This document shows, one piece after another, positions 28,626 through 38,631 of a stretch of DNA of 64,000 nt. Made by a program: the position numbers and the translations under genes. The stretch comes from Candidatus Saccharimonadia bacterium (GTDB taxonomy: Bacteria; Patescibacteriota; Saccharimonadia; UBA4664): assembly GCA_041743505.1 (NCBI GenBank), contig JBGTMQ010000020.1, forward strand, positions 17,099 to 81,098. Reading direction: 5' to 3'. Each line of letters begins with the position of its first letter. Position 1 is the stretch's first letter. The notes beneath the pieces are model-generated. The model saw only the letters and a list, made by a program, of their open reading frames with translations, made no database searches and had not been told where the DNA came from.

Positions 28626-29189
28626 TTATCTTGCCGAAGCAGAAATGACGGCCTCGAGGTACCACCGTGTGGCGAGCGTGGTGTACGGCACTACGTCCTC
28701 TGGGACTGCAGCACCAGTCTCGCGCCAGACCTCAGGCTGCACCGTATATGTGACCGCGTGAGCTGCTTGCCTGGCCTCTGCCGAATTCGGACCGTGCTGA
28801 CGCAGGGCCTCGTCGTAGCGGACCAGAGCCTCGTGCATCCGGCGATACGTATTGATCTCACTGTCGCCGATGTTTCGTGTGGCGGTTTTTGGGTACCTCT
28901 TGTCCCAAGCCATGGGGTGTGGGTGGGTGACTGGCCGGTTTCTGAAGGTCTCCAGACCTGCGACCAAGGCTCCAAAGGCCTGCACACGGCGCCTAAACCG
29001 GCCGGTCTCTCTGTGATGATCGGCTGCCCGGTCAAGGACGAATTCCATGTTGCTGGGCCAGCCGTCGAATTCCCATCGGAGCCCGGCGCCGTTGATCTCG
29101 TACATGTATGCATTCAACGCGCGCTGAGCCCGGCCCACATCAGCAACGCTGAAGACGCCCGCCGGTGTGATCTCGTTGGTGCTACTCAT
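28626..29189 (-). CDS. Hypothetical protein
   Basis: GGAG SD, TTGCTT-N17-TATAAT at 29226-29254, downstream hairpin. Confidence 0.75.
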   Translation of the reverse strand: MSSTNEITPAGVFSVADVGRAQRALNAYMYEINGAGLRWEFDGWPSNMEFVLDRAADHHRETGRFRRRVQAFGALVAGLETFRNRPVTHPHPMAWDKRYPKTATRNIGDSEINTYRRMHEALVRYDEALRQHGPNSAEARQAAHAVTYTVQPEVWRETGAAVPEDVVPYTTLATRWYLEAVISASAR

Positions 29190-29271
29190 CTCAACTCCAG
29201 TCTGTCGGGTTGAACAGTCGAGTCAATTATAACATATAATGTAAACAAAAGCAATAGCAGCCATGCCGGCA

Positions 29272-29727
29272 TTATTTCCTAAACCGTTCAGAGCTAATAA
29301 GATCTAGCCACAAAAATTCGTTACCCCGAGCAAAACCGGCTGCCTCGTAGGTGTGTATAGCCGGCAAATCCTCCGGAGACGTTAACACCGACATAAACTC
29401 ATAACCCATGTCATTGACTTTCCCAATGGCGGCTTTTACTAATGCCGTAGCAATGCCTTGTTTGCGCATGTCTGGCCTGACATAAATATTCTCAATCAGC
29501 GCTTTGCTCAGCGGCCGGTTGCAGTTCACGATAATAAACCCAACGATAGCTCCGTCAGGCTGTACCGCAACGAGCATTATAACTGCTTCGTTGTTCACGC
29601 TTGCCCGCAAGATATCTTCTGGCCAAAAAGTGACAATTAGGTCACTTGTGTCAAACTCTCCTACACGTTCGCCCAGCACGTGCATGGTCTTAACATCTTC
29701 TAATACAGCTTCCCTTATGATTGCCAC
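29272..29727 (-). CDS. GNAT family acetyltransferase
   Basis: IENIYVRPDMRKQGIAT.L, A...YE.AGF. Confidence 0.88.
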   Translation of the reverse strand: MAIIREAVLEDVKTMHVLGERVGEFDTSDLIVTFWPEDILRASVNNEAVIMLVAVQPDGAIVGFIIVNCNRPLSKALIENIYVRPDMRKQGIATALVKAAIGKVNDMGYEFMSVLTSPEDLPAIHTYEAAGFARGNEFLWLDLISSERFRK

Positions 29728-29795
29728 CTTCTTACTTCACTCCAAAAATATCAAATCAATTTTAGCATCCGGCAAGTTCCCGATCTGTATATAGA

Positions 29796-29918
29796 CATAC
29801 TAGAATTTTTCTAATCGGCCGGCCATAATGGCCACGCCACCGAGATAATGGCTCCACTAAGCCACTGCTACATAACAAATTAACCCATTTTGGCAACTAC
29901 TAGATAAATTCTAGTACC
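29796..29918 (-). repeat. 123-bp symmetric element, copy 2
   Basis: Palindromes 29799-29815 and 29899-29915 (100 bp apart); central TAATGGCT-N6-AGCCACTG. Confidence 0.88.
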
Positions 29919-30011
29919 TTACCGATATGGGTTGCCATAAGCTGTCAGCCAGGCCATATTGTTGCTTTCTTGTCCATTCTCAAGTACTATTCAAAAAACA
30001 ATAAGGACAAT

Positions 30012-30746
30012 ATGGAAGCTGCAAACTCTACGCAATTAAGGCCTTTTGGCGAACTGCTTAAGGCCGCATTCGATTCATACAAAAAGAATTTTAAAACGGT
30101 TGCTGCTCTCTCTGCCGTTGCTGTCGCTCCATGGCTGGTATTCTGGCTCGGCACACCCGACAATCAGGCTGACGACCTCAGCGGGCTAACGTTCTTGACC
30201 TCTATAGCGCTGCTCGTCTATATCGTGGCCTCAATCATAGTCACTATCGCTCTCTACTACCTCGCCGACGATAAGCATCCGGATAAGAGCGTTTCCGGCC
30301 TCCTCAAGCTCAGTCTGTCCAAGTTCATACCGATACTCTGGATATCAATACTAGTTGGGTTGGCAACAATCGGTGGTCTCATACTGCTGATAATCCCAGG
30401 CATAATTTTTGCGATCTGGTTCAGCCTTACCACTCAAGCAGTACTATTCGAGGATAAACGCGGCGTTCAGGCGCTGAAACAGAGTCGGGAATATGTCCGT
30501 GGCCGCTGGTGGGCCGTCTTTGGACGTATCATTCTACTCATCCTGGTCATGATCTTAGCCGCCATAATCGTCGCCGCCATAGCCAGCATCCTATCGGCCA
30601 TCGTCGGACCCCGCGCCGATGCTCTCAACGACCTCGTTAGCATATTTATACTGACACCCATCGTTACCATGTTCAGCTACCACCTCTACCGCTCAGCCGC
30701 CGACACTCATACCGTCGCCGCAAAAGAGCCGGCACCGGCATCGTAA
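30012..30746 (+). CDS. Membrane protein (YciC / GDPD membrane-domain-like)
   Basis: LLIIPGIIFAIWFS, E..RG..ALK.S..YVRGRWW.VFGR. Confidence 0.8.
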   Translation: MEAANSTQLRPFGELLKAAFDSYKKNFKTVAALSAVAVAPWLVFWLGTPDNQADDLSGLTFLTSIALLVYIVASIIVTIALYYLADDKHPDKSVSGLLKLSLSKFIPILWISILVGLATIGGLILLIIPGIIFAIWFSLTTQAVLFEDKRGVQALKQSREYVRGRWWAVFGRIILLILVMILAAIIVAAIASILSAIVGPRADALNDLVSIFILTPIVTMFSYHLYRSAADTHTVAAKEPAPAS

Positions 30747-30768
30747 TTCCGCAATAGCACGGAAGTCT

Positions 30769-30798
30769 ACTCAAAAGGAGGCCAATTAGCCTCCTTTT
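30769..30798 (+). terminator. Bidirectional terminator; direct-repeat copy 1
   Basis: ACTCAAAAGGAGGCCAATTAGCCTCCTTTT, 28/30 identical to 31611-31640. Confidence 0.85.
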
Positions 30799-30907
30799 TC
30801 TGGTGAACTATTCTATTGACAAATGAATAGATACTTTACTTTTTACAGTAAAGATACTATACTTCTTAAAGTATCAATAACTAAAGTACTTTTCAAGGAG
30901 TAAATAA

Positions 30908-31573
30908 ATGAATCCAAATCGAAAAGCAGCTGGTTTAGCCGGCATCTTAACTGGTCTGTTGCTGGCCGGAGAATTTTTCTTTTTTATGTTAAGCAACTAC
31001 TCGCCTGCCGCATACAATAATGCGAATGAGGCACTCGCAATTCTTACAGATAATGTAAACATTTTGCGGGCTGCGGTACTGTTCGGTATCGCAGGGGCAA
31101 TCGTAAGAATAGTATACGTCGCAGGATTAGCCGCTGTTTTGTATCCAAAAGCACCATCGCAAGCTGTTGCTGTAAAATACTTTGGTATATTGGGCGGTAT
31201 CGGTCATGGACTAGTAGCTCTGACCTTTTTTAGCGGCCTGCCAGTATTGGTTACGCTTGCCGCCCAAGACGCTATGCTGGCGCAACAGGTGTGGCATAGC
31301 TTCACTATTATAACCAGCGGCTTTCAAAGTCTCGGTAACACCCTGCTAGGCCTCTTCCTGCTTGTATCCGGTTTTGTTATCGTTCGCCATCGAGTACTAT
31401 CCTCAGGCCTTGGTTGGGTCGGTATAGCCGGAGGTGTAGCGACACTTATTGGGGTGTTCAGCGCTCAGACCGCGTTTTCCGGTATCGGCTTCATGGCATT
31501 CATGACTTCATTGCCACTTGCCGTAATCTTCAACATTTGGTCGGGTATAAAATTGTACAAACTAGCCGATTGA
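30908..31573 (+). CDS. DUF4386-like membrane protein
   Basis: About 6 TM segments, L...LGWVGI..G; AT-richer than neighbours; flanked by the duplicated terminator. Confidence 0.65.
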   Translation: MNPNRKAAGLAGILTGLLLAGEFFFFMLSNYSPAAYNNANEALAILTDNVNILRAAVLFGIAGAIVRIVYVAGLAAVLYPKAPSQAVAVKYFGILGGIGHGLVALTFFSGLPVLVTLAAQDAMLAQQVWHSFTIITSGFQSLGNTLLGLFLLVSGFVIVRHRVLSSGLGWVGIAGGVATLIGVFSAQTAFSGIGFMAFMTSLPLAVIFNIWSGIKLYKLAD

Positions 31574-31610
31574 TACCTTGTTTAAAACTACTTCGTCAAA
31601 CATGTATTGA

Positions 31611-31640
31611 ACTCAAAAGGAGGCCAGTTGGCCTCCTTTT
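31611..31640 (+). terminator. Bidirectional terminator; direct-repeat copy 2
   Basis: ACTCAAAAGGAGGCCAGTTGGCCTCCTTTT. Confidence 0.85.
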
Positions 31641-31664
31641 GAGTAGATCGGTTAGTTGGTTATT

Positions 31665-34481
31665 TTAGCGGGGCCCAGGATCTGGACTGGGTGAAGGAGT
31701 CGGGGTAGGTGTCGGAGTTGTAGTCGGAGTTGGCTCCGGCTCGTTCTCAGGTTCTAGCACCACACTCACCGCATCCGGCAGGCTGGCAGAGTAGATGTAC
31801 CTGGCCTCCGGATCAAATGGAGCCTGCAGTTCCAGGTCAGCCTCGCCGCCCTGACCGACGACACCCCGGCCGATAGCCCGGACGCCACCTTCGCGCAAAA
31901 CCTCCAGCTTGGTAATCACAGCACCCTCAGTCGCGTACTTAACGAACTCATGGTTGAACTTAATTTCGCTCTTAAAGAACTTATCAAGCACCAGTTTGCG
32001 CGGGTTACTGGTCCACATCTTCAAGGTCGGGTCACCAATGACATGCCAAATGTGATACTCGTAACCCATGTCACCCACGCTCACGCTGCCGGCCGTCTGC
32101 TCGGCACTTACCTGAGTGGCCAGGTAAACTTTGCCCCAGTTCAGAATGTCGCCGAGCCGCTTGTGGCTGGTGTTACCGCCATGTGCTGGCACGGTGTCAG
32201 GCCAGACGGCGTCAAAGAAGCCGCGGGTCAAGGCGTTGTTGGCCCAGGTCGGGCTGTTGCGAGTGTCACCAATCACGCCGATTGCGCCACCGTCGGCTTT
32301 GCGCAATGCGCGCTCAGCCCAGTAGACGCCGTTGTTCGTGGTGCCGTAGGTGCCACCGGCTGTCTCGTTGTCAAACAAGCCACTGGCGCAGTTTACGCTG
32401 AACACCACTGGTAGCCGCTCACCGTTACTCAGTGCGTCAACATCGCCGTTGCCGAAACCAGGGTCACCCCAGCCGCCGGGCCAGCCGTGGTCACGGTGCA
32501 GGAATAGGAAGCGGCCGTCGTTCCAGGCGGCGCTCACGTCAGCCGTGTCACCATCCCAGGCAAAACCGCTACCGGCGCCAATGCCTGCGGGCAACAACGT
32601 GCCGTTGTAGTATCGCCGTGGCGTGGTGTCGCCGTTGTAGGCCGCCTGCGTCTGGATACAATCGCCGCTGGCGTTCTCCTGGATACAGTAACCACCGTTA
32701 TCAATCGTGCGGGTGTAGATCCGCGGCGCCGTATAACCACGGTCCAGCAGCTCGCCGCGCACCAGCTCAGTGGTCTCCACAAACGCCCGCTGGTCAGTAC
32801 CAGGCTGGCCGTTCAATGGCGTCCCATTAGCATTCATGCGGAAGCCCTGGAACTGAGAGGCTAGGCCGGCAGTAGTGTAAAACGGTGCGCCGTTACCCAA
32901 GCCCAGGTTAGGCGGGCTGGCTTCGTAATCTACGATCTTGTCGACCACAGTGTTAGCTTGCGCCAGGGTATCCACCGGTATCCGGCCGGTGCCGAAGTCC
33001 GGGAAGAAGGCGTCAAACAAAATCTGGACGTAGTTGGAGTAGGGGAAATCCGAACCGGCGTTGTCAGGCTGGCCGGCCGGGTAGAACGTCGGGATGAACT
33101 CGGCGTCACCCAACAGCAGCACATACGATGGCCGGACTTGGCAGTCGTCGTACCGGTCCTCGATGAAGTCATCGATTTCCTCAGCCGTGTCCCGGGCCGG
33201 CACGCCGGAGCCCACGTTAAACACGCTCGTCGATAGGCCCTTGGCCTGCTTGTGAGTCGCCAATTCATCCGCCGCCGCCCGGAAGTCCGGGTGCGTCAGG
33301 ATTAGGAATTCCTCACCAAAGCACGGCAGTATCGAAATATCGAAGTCCCGCACATAGTTCTTAATCACCGCCTTGTTGAGCACGGATTCGGCCACTACGC
33401 CGTGGTTACTCTCAAACGGGTGCAGGCTGCGCTTGGTAATAAAGTTACCCTCGCCGCCTTCAAAGTTCACCTGCACATGGAAGCCACTAAACAGCTGGTA
33501 CCGGTCACTCACCGGGTTGTATCGGGCCGTGGCGCACTCCAGCTGCGCCATTTTCAGGTCACGGTACTGACCCATCGGCCGGATAGTACACGGATTAGGC
33601 GGCAGTAGCCGGTTCTGCCGGTAGGTTTCGGCATTAATCTTAAATGGCTTGTCCGCAAAGGTCTGCATTGGTGGCTCTGGTGGCGTTCCATCGTCTGTGG
33701 GCACGTCATTTGGCGCATCCACCGGCTGCTCCTGGAACGGCACCAAATTCAGGCGCAAGTCACCACCCATCTTACTATCAACTTGCGATAGCTTCGGCTC
33801 CGCTCCTTCCGGAATACCAATCAGCGTCCGCCAGACCGGAATCGCCGGCTCACCCGGCTTGCCAACCATGGTCTCCATACCCGGCATATGCACCTGGGTA
33901 AAGGTTTGGCCGCCGCCCTTCATGGTAGTAAGGGTCGGTTGCGGGAAGGATACGTCAAAGCTGAGCTGCTTGTTGTCCGACGTTCCAAGTTTGGTCTCGG
34001 GCTGGCCGCCGAGATCCTCAAAACCACACCGCTTGCCCTCGGGCAGACTCATTAGTATGTCGTGGCGCAGGGTCCAGACCCGAGCGTACAACTCCTCTAG
34101 GTATGCACTGGGTCGCTTGTGGCGCTGCCGCTCCAGCCTGTCGAGCAGTTGGGTCAGCTTTTTGACGGTATGGCATTTATTTTTAAACCACCACCCCCAC
34201 GAATGCCCCACGGCATCATCGTACTCGCGCAGGACGCCTTTCTTGTCATCCAGCGATGAGTCCTGTGCCCCGGCAATCTGGCCACGCGTCTCATTAGCCG
34301 AGGTCTGAATTTGTTGGTCATTCGCGGCCTGAGGTCCCTGAGGCGCGGCTAAAACCGGCCCCATCGGCGCCACCAACATCGCCCCGGCCAGGCCAAACAC
34401 CATCACGATCCGGTGAATCCGCTGCCTGCCTAACCGGCGCAGCCCGCTCTTAATAGTCTGTAAGTTTTGTTGCACGAACAC
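31665..34481 (-). CDS. Secreted peptidase C25 (gingipain-like) with propeptide and Pro/Thr tail
   Basis: Signal peptide; G.PGEP.IP propeptide; YVLLLGD, SD.PY, GRIP, catalytic HRDHG and SVNC, VIGDP. Confidence 0.87.
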   Translation of the reverse strand: MFVQQNLQTIKSGLRRLGRQRIHRIVMVFGLAGAMLVAPMGPVLAAPQGPQAANDQQIQTSANETRGQIAGAQDSSLDDKKGVLREYDDAVGHSWGWWFKNKCHTVKKLTQLLDRLERQRHKRPSAYLEELYARVWTLRHDILMSLPEGKRCGFEDLGGQPETKLGTSDNKQLSFDVSFPQPTLTTMKGGGQTFTQVHMPGMETMVGKPGEPAIPVWRTLIGIPEGAEPKLSQVDSKMGGDLRLNLVPFQEQPVDAPNDVPTDDGTPPEPPMQTFADKPFKINAETYRQNRLLPPNPCTIRPMGQYRDLKMAQLECATARYNPVSDRYQLFSGFHVQVNFEGGEGNFITKRSLHPFESNHGVVAESVLNKAVIKNYVRDFDISILPCFGEEFLILTHPDFRAAADELATHKQAKGLSTSVFNVGSGVPARDTAEEIDDFIEDRYDDCQVRPSYVLLLGDAEFIPTFYPAGQPDNAGSDFPYSNYVQILFDAFFPDFGTGRIPVDTLAQANTVVDKIVDYEASPPNLGLGNGAPFYTTAGLASQFQGFRMNANGTPLNGQPGTDQRAFVETTELVRGELLDRGYTAPRIYTRTIDNGGYCIQENASGDCIQTQAAYNGDTTPRRYYNGTLLPAGIGAGSGFAWDGDTADVSAAWNDGRFLFLHRDHGWPGGWGDPGFGNGDVDALSNGERLPVVFSVNCASGLFDNETAGGTYGTTNNGVYWAERALRKADGGAIGVIGDTRNSPTWANNALTRGFFDAVWPDTVPAHGGNTSHKRLGDILNWGKVYLATQVSAEQTAGSVSVGDMGYEYHIWHVIGDPTLKMWTSNPRKLVLDKFFKSEIKFNHEFVKYATEGAVITKLEVLREGGVRAIGRGVVGQGGEADLELQAPFDPEARYIYSASLPDAVSVVLEPENEPEPTPTTTPTPTPTPSPSPDPGPR

Positions 34482-34673
34482 GGTCTCCTAATTAAACATA
34501 AGCACTATACCGACTCAAGTCTAAGCATTATAGAGACGTTTTGTACATAAGATAGCTTTTGATTAGATACGATCACAAAAATTTTTGGAAGTTTGCCTAA
34601 TGCGCACCTATAAGCCGGAAACAGGCAGCAGAAACAGCTGTGCAACTAGTGGGTAGCCTTCAGGCTCATTACC

Positions 34674-35573
34674 TTACTTCAAAGTCTTGTCAAAGTGCTC
34701 GGCCGAAATATCAACCGAACGTGTAACTTGTGGCTCCTGATCGTAAAAATCAGTCTGCTCGCCCTCAGTCCAAGTGATGTTCTTTTTACCCGGCACAAAG
34801 TCATAAAAAGCCTTTACGCCGTCAACCGTCGCTGCCGCCTCGCTGTGAACGATCTGCAATGGAACCGCCATGTCTCGTCCATAACGGACCGCGTCAAATG
34901 TCAGCCAGCCAAGCCAACCCATAACTGCAAACCGGTTGGTCCATTCCGAAATTCCACCCCGGTCATGATCCAAGTAAAAATCCAACCTCATCGGCATGGC
35001 GGCTTGCGGGTCCGTTTCGCTTAGCGCCGGGACATAGTCAATCTCTCCCGTTGCTTCGTATTTTATCCGGGCGGCCCGGCCTCGCGCCATCCGTTCCGCC
35101 ACTCCTTCATCGCCACCATACATGGCCCGGATAATCTCGCCGTTGTGCAGCCAAGGCGCTACAAACGCCAGCGACTTTACACGCCCATCAGCAATGCTAT
35201 TCGCCGCCGCATAACCCGCGCTAGCGCAAATACCTAGAATGCCCAGCTTATCGCCGTCAATTTCTGGCCGGCTTTCCAAAAACGTAACGGCATTATGAAT
35301 GTCCTGAATCTTTAAGTCTGGCGATTCAAATTGCCGGGGCTCACCATCCGACGCGCCAAAGTTACGAAAATCAAACGACAATGCCGCCAAACCTTTCTCG
35401 GCCAGCCGCTTGGCATACCGGTCCGCCATTTGCTCCTTCACGCTTGTCCATGTTCCGACCACCACAATCGCTGCCAAACCGCTAGATTCGGCGGCCGGCA
35501 AGTATAAATTGCCGCGCAAGGTCATGCCTTCACTATCAAACGTGACAGCTTTAGCGTGTATCTGGTGCGTCAT
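34674..35573 (-). CDS. Alpha/beta hydrolase (YcjY-like, Cys nucleophile)
   Basis: SVKEQ, FD.R.FG.SDGEPRQ.E, GICASAGY. Confidence 0.87.
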   Translation of the reverse strand: MTHQIHAKAVTFDSEGMTLRGNLYLPAAESSGLAAIVVVGTWTSVKEQMADRYAKRLAEKGLAALSFDFRNFGASDGEPRQFESPDLKIQDIHNAVTFLESRPEIDGDKLGILGICASAGYAAANSIADGRVKSLAFVAPWLHNGEIIRAMYGGDEGVAERMARGRAARIKYEATGEIDYVPALSETDPQAAMPMRLDFYLDHDRGGISEWTNRFAVMGWLGWLTFDAVRYGRDMAVPLQIVHSEAAATVDGVKAFYDFVPGKKNITWTEGEQTDFYDQEPQVTRSVDISAEHFDKTLK

Positions 35574-36055
35574 TCACGACCCGCTGACTTGCTCAGCTCA
35601 ACGCTCAGACTAAGGGTTGTCGCGTCTACTTGGGCGCCCACGAGCTGGCCCTGCACCCCCCGGTATTTGTCGGTGCCACCGGTAATGGATAGGGTAAAGT
35701 CAGACTCGCTGGAATCTATCACCCCTTGGACTGCAATATCGCCGTCAGGTAACTGGAGCGTGGCCGTACAATAAAGCACTGTAGCAGATTCACCTACTTG
35801 CACACACAAACCCCGGCCATTGCCCACCTGGGTATTGCCGGTTTGGTCAAACAACCGGTTATCGCCAGCAAACTGGTCACCGGCACTCGGGCCCGGAGCA
35901 CCTAGGTCAATTGATGTGAGGTTTGTGCGCTCCACTAGTTTGATAGTATGGCCTCGCTCAGTCCTAGGCGTTTGCTTGGCCATTACTGTTGGTACTAATG
36001 CCAGTGACGCCGCTACGGCCGCGCCAATTCCAATAACTAGTATTTTCTTCTGCAT
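35570..36055 (-). CDS. Secreted allene-oxide-cyclase/dirigent-like barrel protein
   Basis: Signal peptide; DLG.PGPSAGD, G.C, C.ATL.LPDG.I, ITGGT..YRG..G. Confidence 0.72.
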   Translation of the reverse strand: MQKKILVIGIGAAVAASLALVPTVMAKQTPRTERGHTIKLVERTNLTSIDLGAPGPSAGDQFAGDNRLFDQTGNTQVGNGRGLCVQVGESATVLYCTATLQLPDGDIAVQGVIDSSESDFTLSITGGTDKYRGVQGQLVGAQVDATTLSLSVELSKSAGRE

Positions 36056-36223
36056 TCATACACCTCATCAAATTAGTCTACGCACAGGATACTAATCGGA
36101 TTGACCTAATGGTGCATTGTGCAGATTGCCTATCATGGTAGTCAAAATGATAGTGAAATAAAACAATTGTTATGACTAGCCCGGCTAGCTTACAGTAGGT
36201 CGCGTAACGATTAGGAGAAAAAC

Positions 36224-36247
36224 ATGAATCCAGTAACCTGGTTCAGC
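36224..36247 (+). pseudogene. Possible 5' stub of a VOC gene
   Basis: AGGAG SD then MNPVTWFS (compare MNPVSHFE at 6036); homology is lost after about 7 codons. Confidence 0.35.
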
Positions 36248-36341
36248 AAGCCTTCGGCTGGAGAATGCTGCCTGAGACAAAAGAAAAAGCCCCGCTGGCT
36301 ACGAGATTCACTCTCGTGCTAGCGGGGTCATGCGACGTAAC

Positions 36342-36947
36342 TTATGTGGCCCAGAGGGCGAGCGCTTGCTCGTGCAAGTTAGCCCGAGCCTGTTCAATGG
36401 CCCATGCGGAAAATTCTGCGGGTGTCATGAGTTGCAGGCCGAGCGCCTCCGCCTCCTCCTGGGTGTGGTAGAAGTCGGAGTATTTAGCTGCCCGAATATA
36501 CTGCAGCTCGCCTCCCGGCTGCCGAACGATCCAGTCGCCCGGATGCACGATGTCGCTGTGTTCCCGGACCACGTCCCCGCCTTGAGCCGACGGTATGAGC
36601 GTCACAATCCGGCAGGCCTGGTCAGCCTGGTAGGCCTTGGGCAGGGTCACCTTAACCCAGTAGCCCGGACCAACCTTCACATGCATATTTTCCCATTGGG
36701 CTCTGGCTGAACCCCGGCGTACGTCGCCGTCGCTGTTAAGCAGCCCATAGAAGCTACCATAGAAAACCTGCAGGCCGCCGGCCAGAGGCTTGATGATCGT
36801 CGGTAGCTCCTGGCCATCCTCTGTCAGAGGGATGGTTATAAGTACGGCCTGCTTCGGGGCCGGCTTCGGAAAAATGGTGCGAGCCTGGCCCTCATCGAAG
36901 GTAACCTCCGGAAGATTTTCCGGAGGGACATCAGCATGGACTACCAC
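36342..36947 (-). CDS. Hypothetical protein with PGDYG-like motif
   Basis: PGDWIVRQPGGE..Y....Y...Y; TTGACA-N17-TATACT upstream; hairpin at about 36289-36327. Confidence 0.6.
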   Translation of the reverse strand: MVVHADVPPENLPEVTFDEGQARTIFPKPAPKQAVLITIPLTEDGQELPTIIKPLAGGLQVFYGSFYGLLNSDGDVRRGSARAQWENMHVKVGPGYWVKVTLPKAYQADQACRIVTLIPSAQGGDVVREHSDIVHPGDWIVRQPGGELQYIRAAKYSDFYHTQEEAEALGLQLMTPAEFSAWAIEQARANLHEQALALWAT

Positions 36948-37202
36948 AACGCCGTCACCTCTTTCTGGGATGTACGAAGGTCATATATTTTGAACGTTAC
37001 TACTCGGACGAATTCTGGCGTCACGATGACGAAGTATAGCATATTTTATCCTATATGTCAAAGAAACTCCCTTGAATGCAGGAATCGTCAAATGCCTCGT
37101 CGGCGGATGGTTGCGCCGCCACCCAGCGGTAAATACAAGGCCGGCCCAATATCACACGAAAACGCCCCGCCGACCACAAGGATCGGCAGGGCGGGGTAGC
37201 TG

Positions 37203-37652
37203 TCAGCCCACCAAGCAGTAGGCAAACTTCGGCCTATGACCAAGAAGATATTGCTCAGCCTCGGCCGGCGTGGGCGTCAATTTGGCATCGTTAACATCTA
37301 CTTCGCCGTGGCCTCTAGCAACTTCATCCAGCTCGTAAACCTCGATGTCCCGGCCCTGACGCTTGCCGGCGATATTGTCTTCGCCTAGCTTGCGCTCCAG
37401 CTCGACCGCACAGCCCCTAACAGCCACGATCGCCTCGATAGTGGTCTCGGTCGTATTACCTGAGGTCTCGTCTTCCAGTCTGGGGTTGCCGCCGCCGGGC
37501 GCCAGGGTGAAGCCACTGGCCACAACGTCGGCCCGGAAATCCGCAAGCTGGTTCTGGCGGTCTTTATGATTCCACCAGAATAACGCAGAAATGAGGCCGG
37601 CACCTAATACAACGGCAAGGATGACAGCGACAGTCTTCAGAGCTCCACGCAT
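37203..37652 (-). CDS. Membrane-anchored hypothetical protein
   Basis: N-terminal TM, two Cys; TTGCAC-N17-TTTAAT upstream; downstream hairpin. Confidence 0.7.
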   Translation of the reverse strand: MRGALKTVAVILAVVLGAGLISALFWWNHKDRQNQLADFRADVVASGFTLAPGGGNPRLEDETSGNTTETTIEAIVAVRGCAVELERKLGEDNIAGKRQGRDIEVYELDEVARGHGEVDVNDAKLTPTPAEAEQYLLGHRPKFAYCLVG

Positions 37653-37749
37653 ATCCTGCCCCTTTCAAGAGGGTCCGGTGATGAACTGATATATTAAAAC
37701 ATATTATTGAACACAGTGCAATAGTAATGTCTGAAGTGAATGCCCCCGT

Positions 37750-38205
37750 CTAGACGACGGGGGCATCGGGCTCCTTCGAAGGAGACTTAGCTTCGATGGG
37801 CTTGGCCTGGGACGGGAATACGAGCTTCCCGGTAACCGACAGGTTAATGACGCCTAGGCCGGCGACGCTCACAAGGTAAGCCACCATATAAGGCATACCC
37901 ATCATGATCAACACCGCAAAGGCTGCCTGGTTCAGTACCGTACTGCCGGATTTCAGCAGCTGGAATCTATACCATTGCTGCCATAGTGATGTGGTGTGTG
38001 CACCCTTCCAGGTAAACCTCCGGTGAAGGTAGAAGTGAAGCTGGGTCGTAAAGCCTACGCGCGTCAGATTGGCCAGGATCGGGAACATGCCCAGTCCGCT
38101 CACCAGCACCCATAGGACGACAATATTGATTCCTGTGATAAAGAAACCCACGCCCACAAATTTGAGGCGACGCCTCGTGCGCTCCGTCGGTGGTTGCCTG
38201 ACCAT
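37750..38205 (-). CDS. GtrA family protein
   Basis: LKFVGVG, .N..VLW.LV, AN, F.LHRRFTW; four TM segments. Confidence 0.78.
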   Translation of the reverse strand: MVRQPPTERTRRRLKFVGVGFFITGINIVVLWVLVSGLGMFPILANLTRVGFTTQLHFYLHRRFTWKGAHTTSLWQQWYRFQLLKSGSTVLNQAAFAVLIMMGMPYMVAYLVSVAGLGVINLSVTGKLVFPSQAKPIEAKSPSKEPDAPVV

Positions 38206-38364
38206 TATGCCCCCTGCGGTTGGCTTGTCCGGGGTTGAAGCTCTATAATATGTTATAATATTATGATATATAAGTCAATATTTAACTTGGGACTAACAAA
38301 CTTTACACTTTACTAATATTATATTATAGTGAAGCAGCCGCAACCTCGTTGAAAGGAACAGAAG

Positions 38365-38631
38365 ATGGCCACTCGTCAGGAGCTACGCGATTGTCTGTGC
38401 GAGCTTATCTCGAAGGTAGCCGAGGAACGTCAGACTGAGCTTGCGCTCAGAAGAGAAGTATCAGTGCCGTTGAGCGGGATGCTTGCCCAGGCAAGGCTCA
38501 CCAACCTAGAGCTCAGTGAGCTCCTAGAGGAAATCAGTGACGCAGAGGTGTTGCAGGACCTGGTTGCCGAGTCCGGGTGGAGCGGCAGCCGTGACGAGGG
38601 CGAGCAGGCTCTCATCCTGAAGAAAGCGTGA
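38365..38631 (+). CDS. Helical acidic hypothetical protein
   Basis: AAAGGA SD, TTTACA-N18-TATAGT, terminator 38699-38733. Confidence 0.65.
   Translation: MATRQELRDCLCELISKVAEERQTELALRREVSVPLSGMLAQARLTNLELSELLEEISDAEVLQDLVAESGWSGSRDEGEQALILKKA

Noticed and set aside
31665-31750. Low-complexity repeat at the C25 3' end
   Set aside because: Encodes a Pro/Thr tail with varied codons; not an independent DNA repeat.
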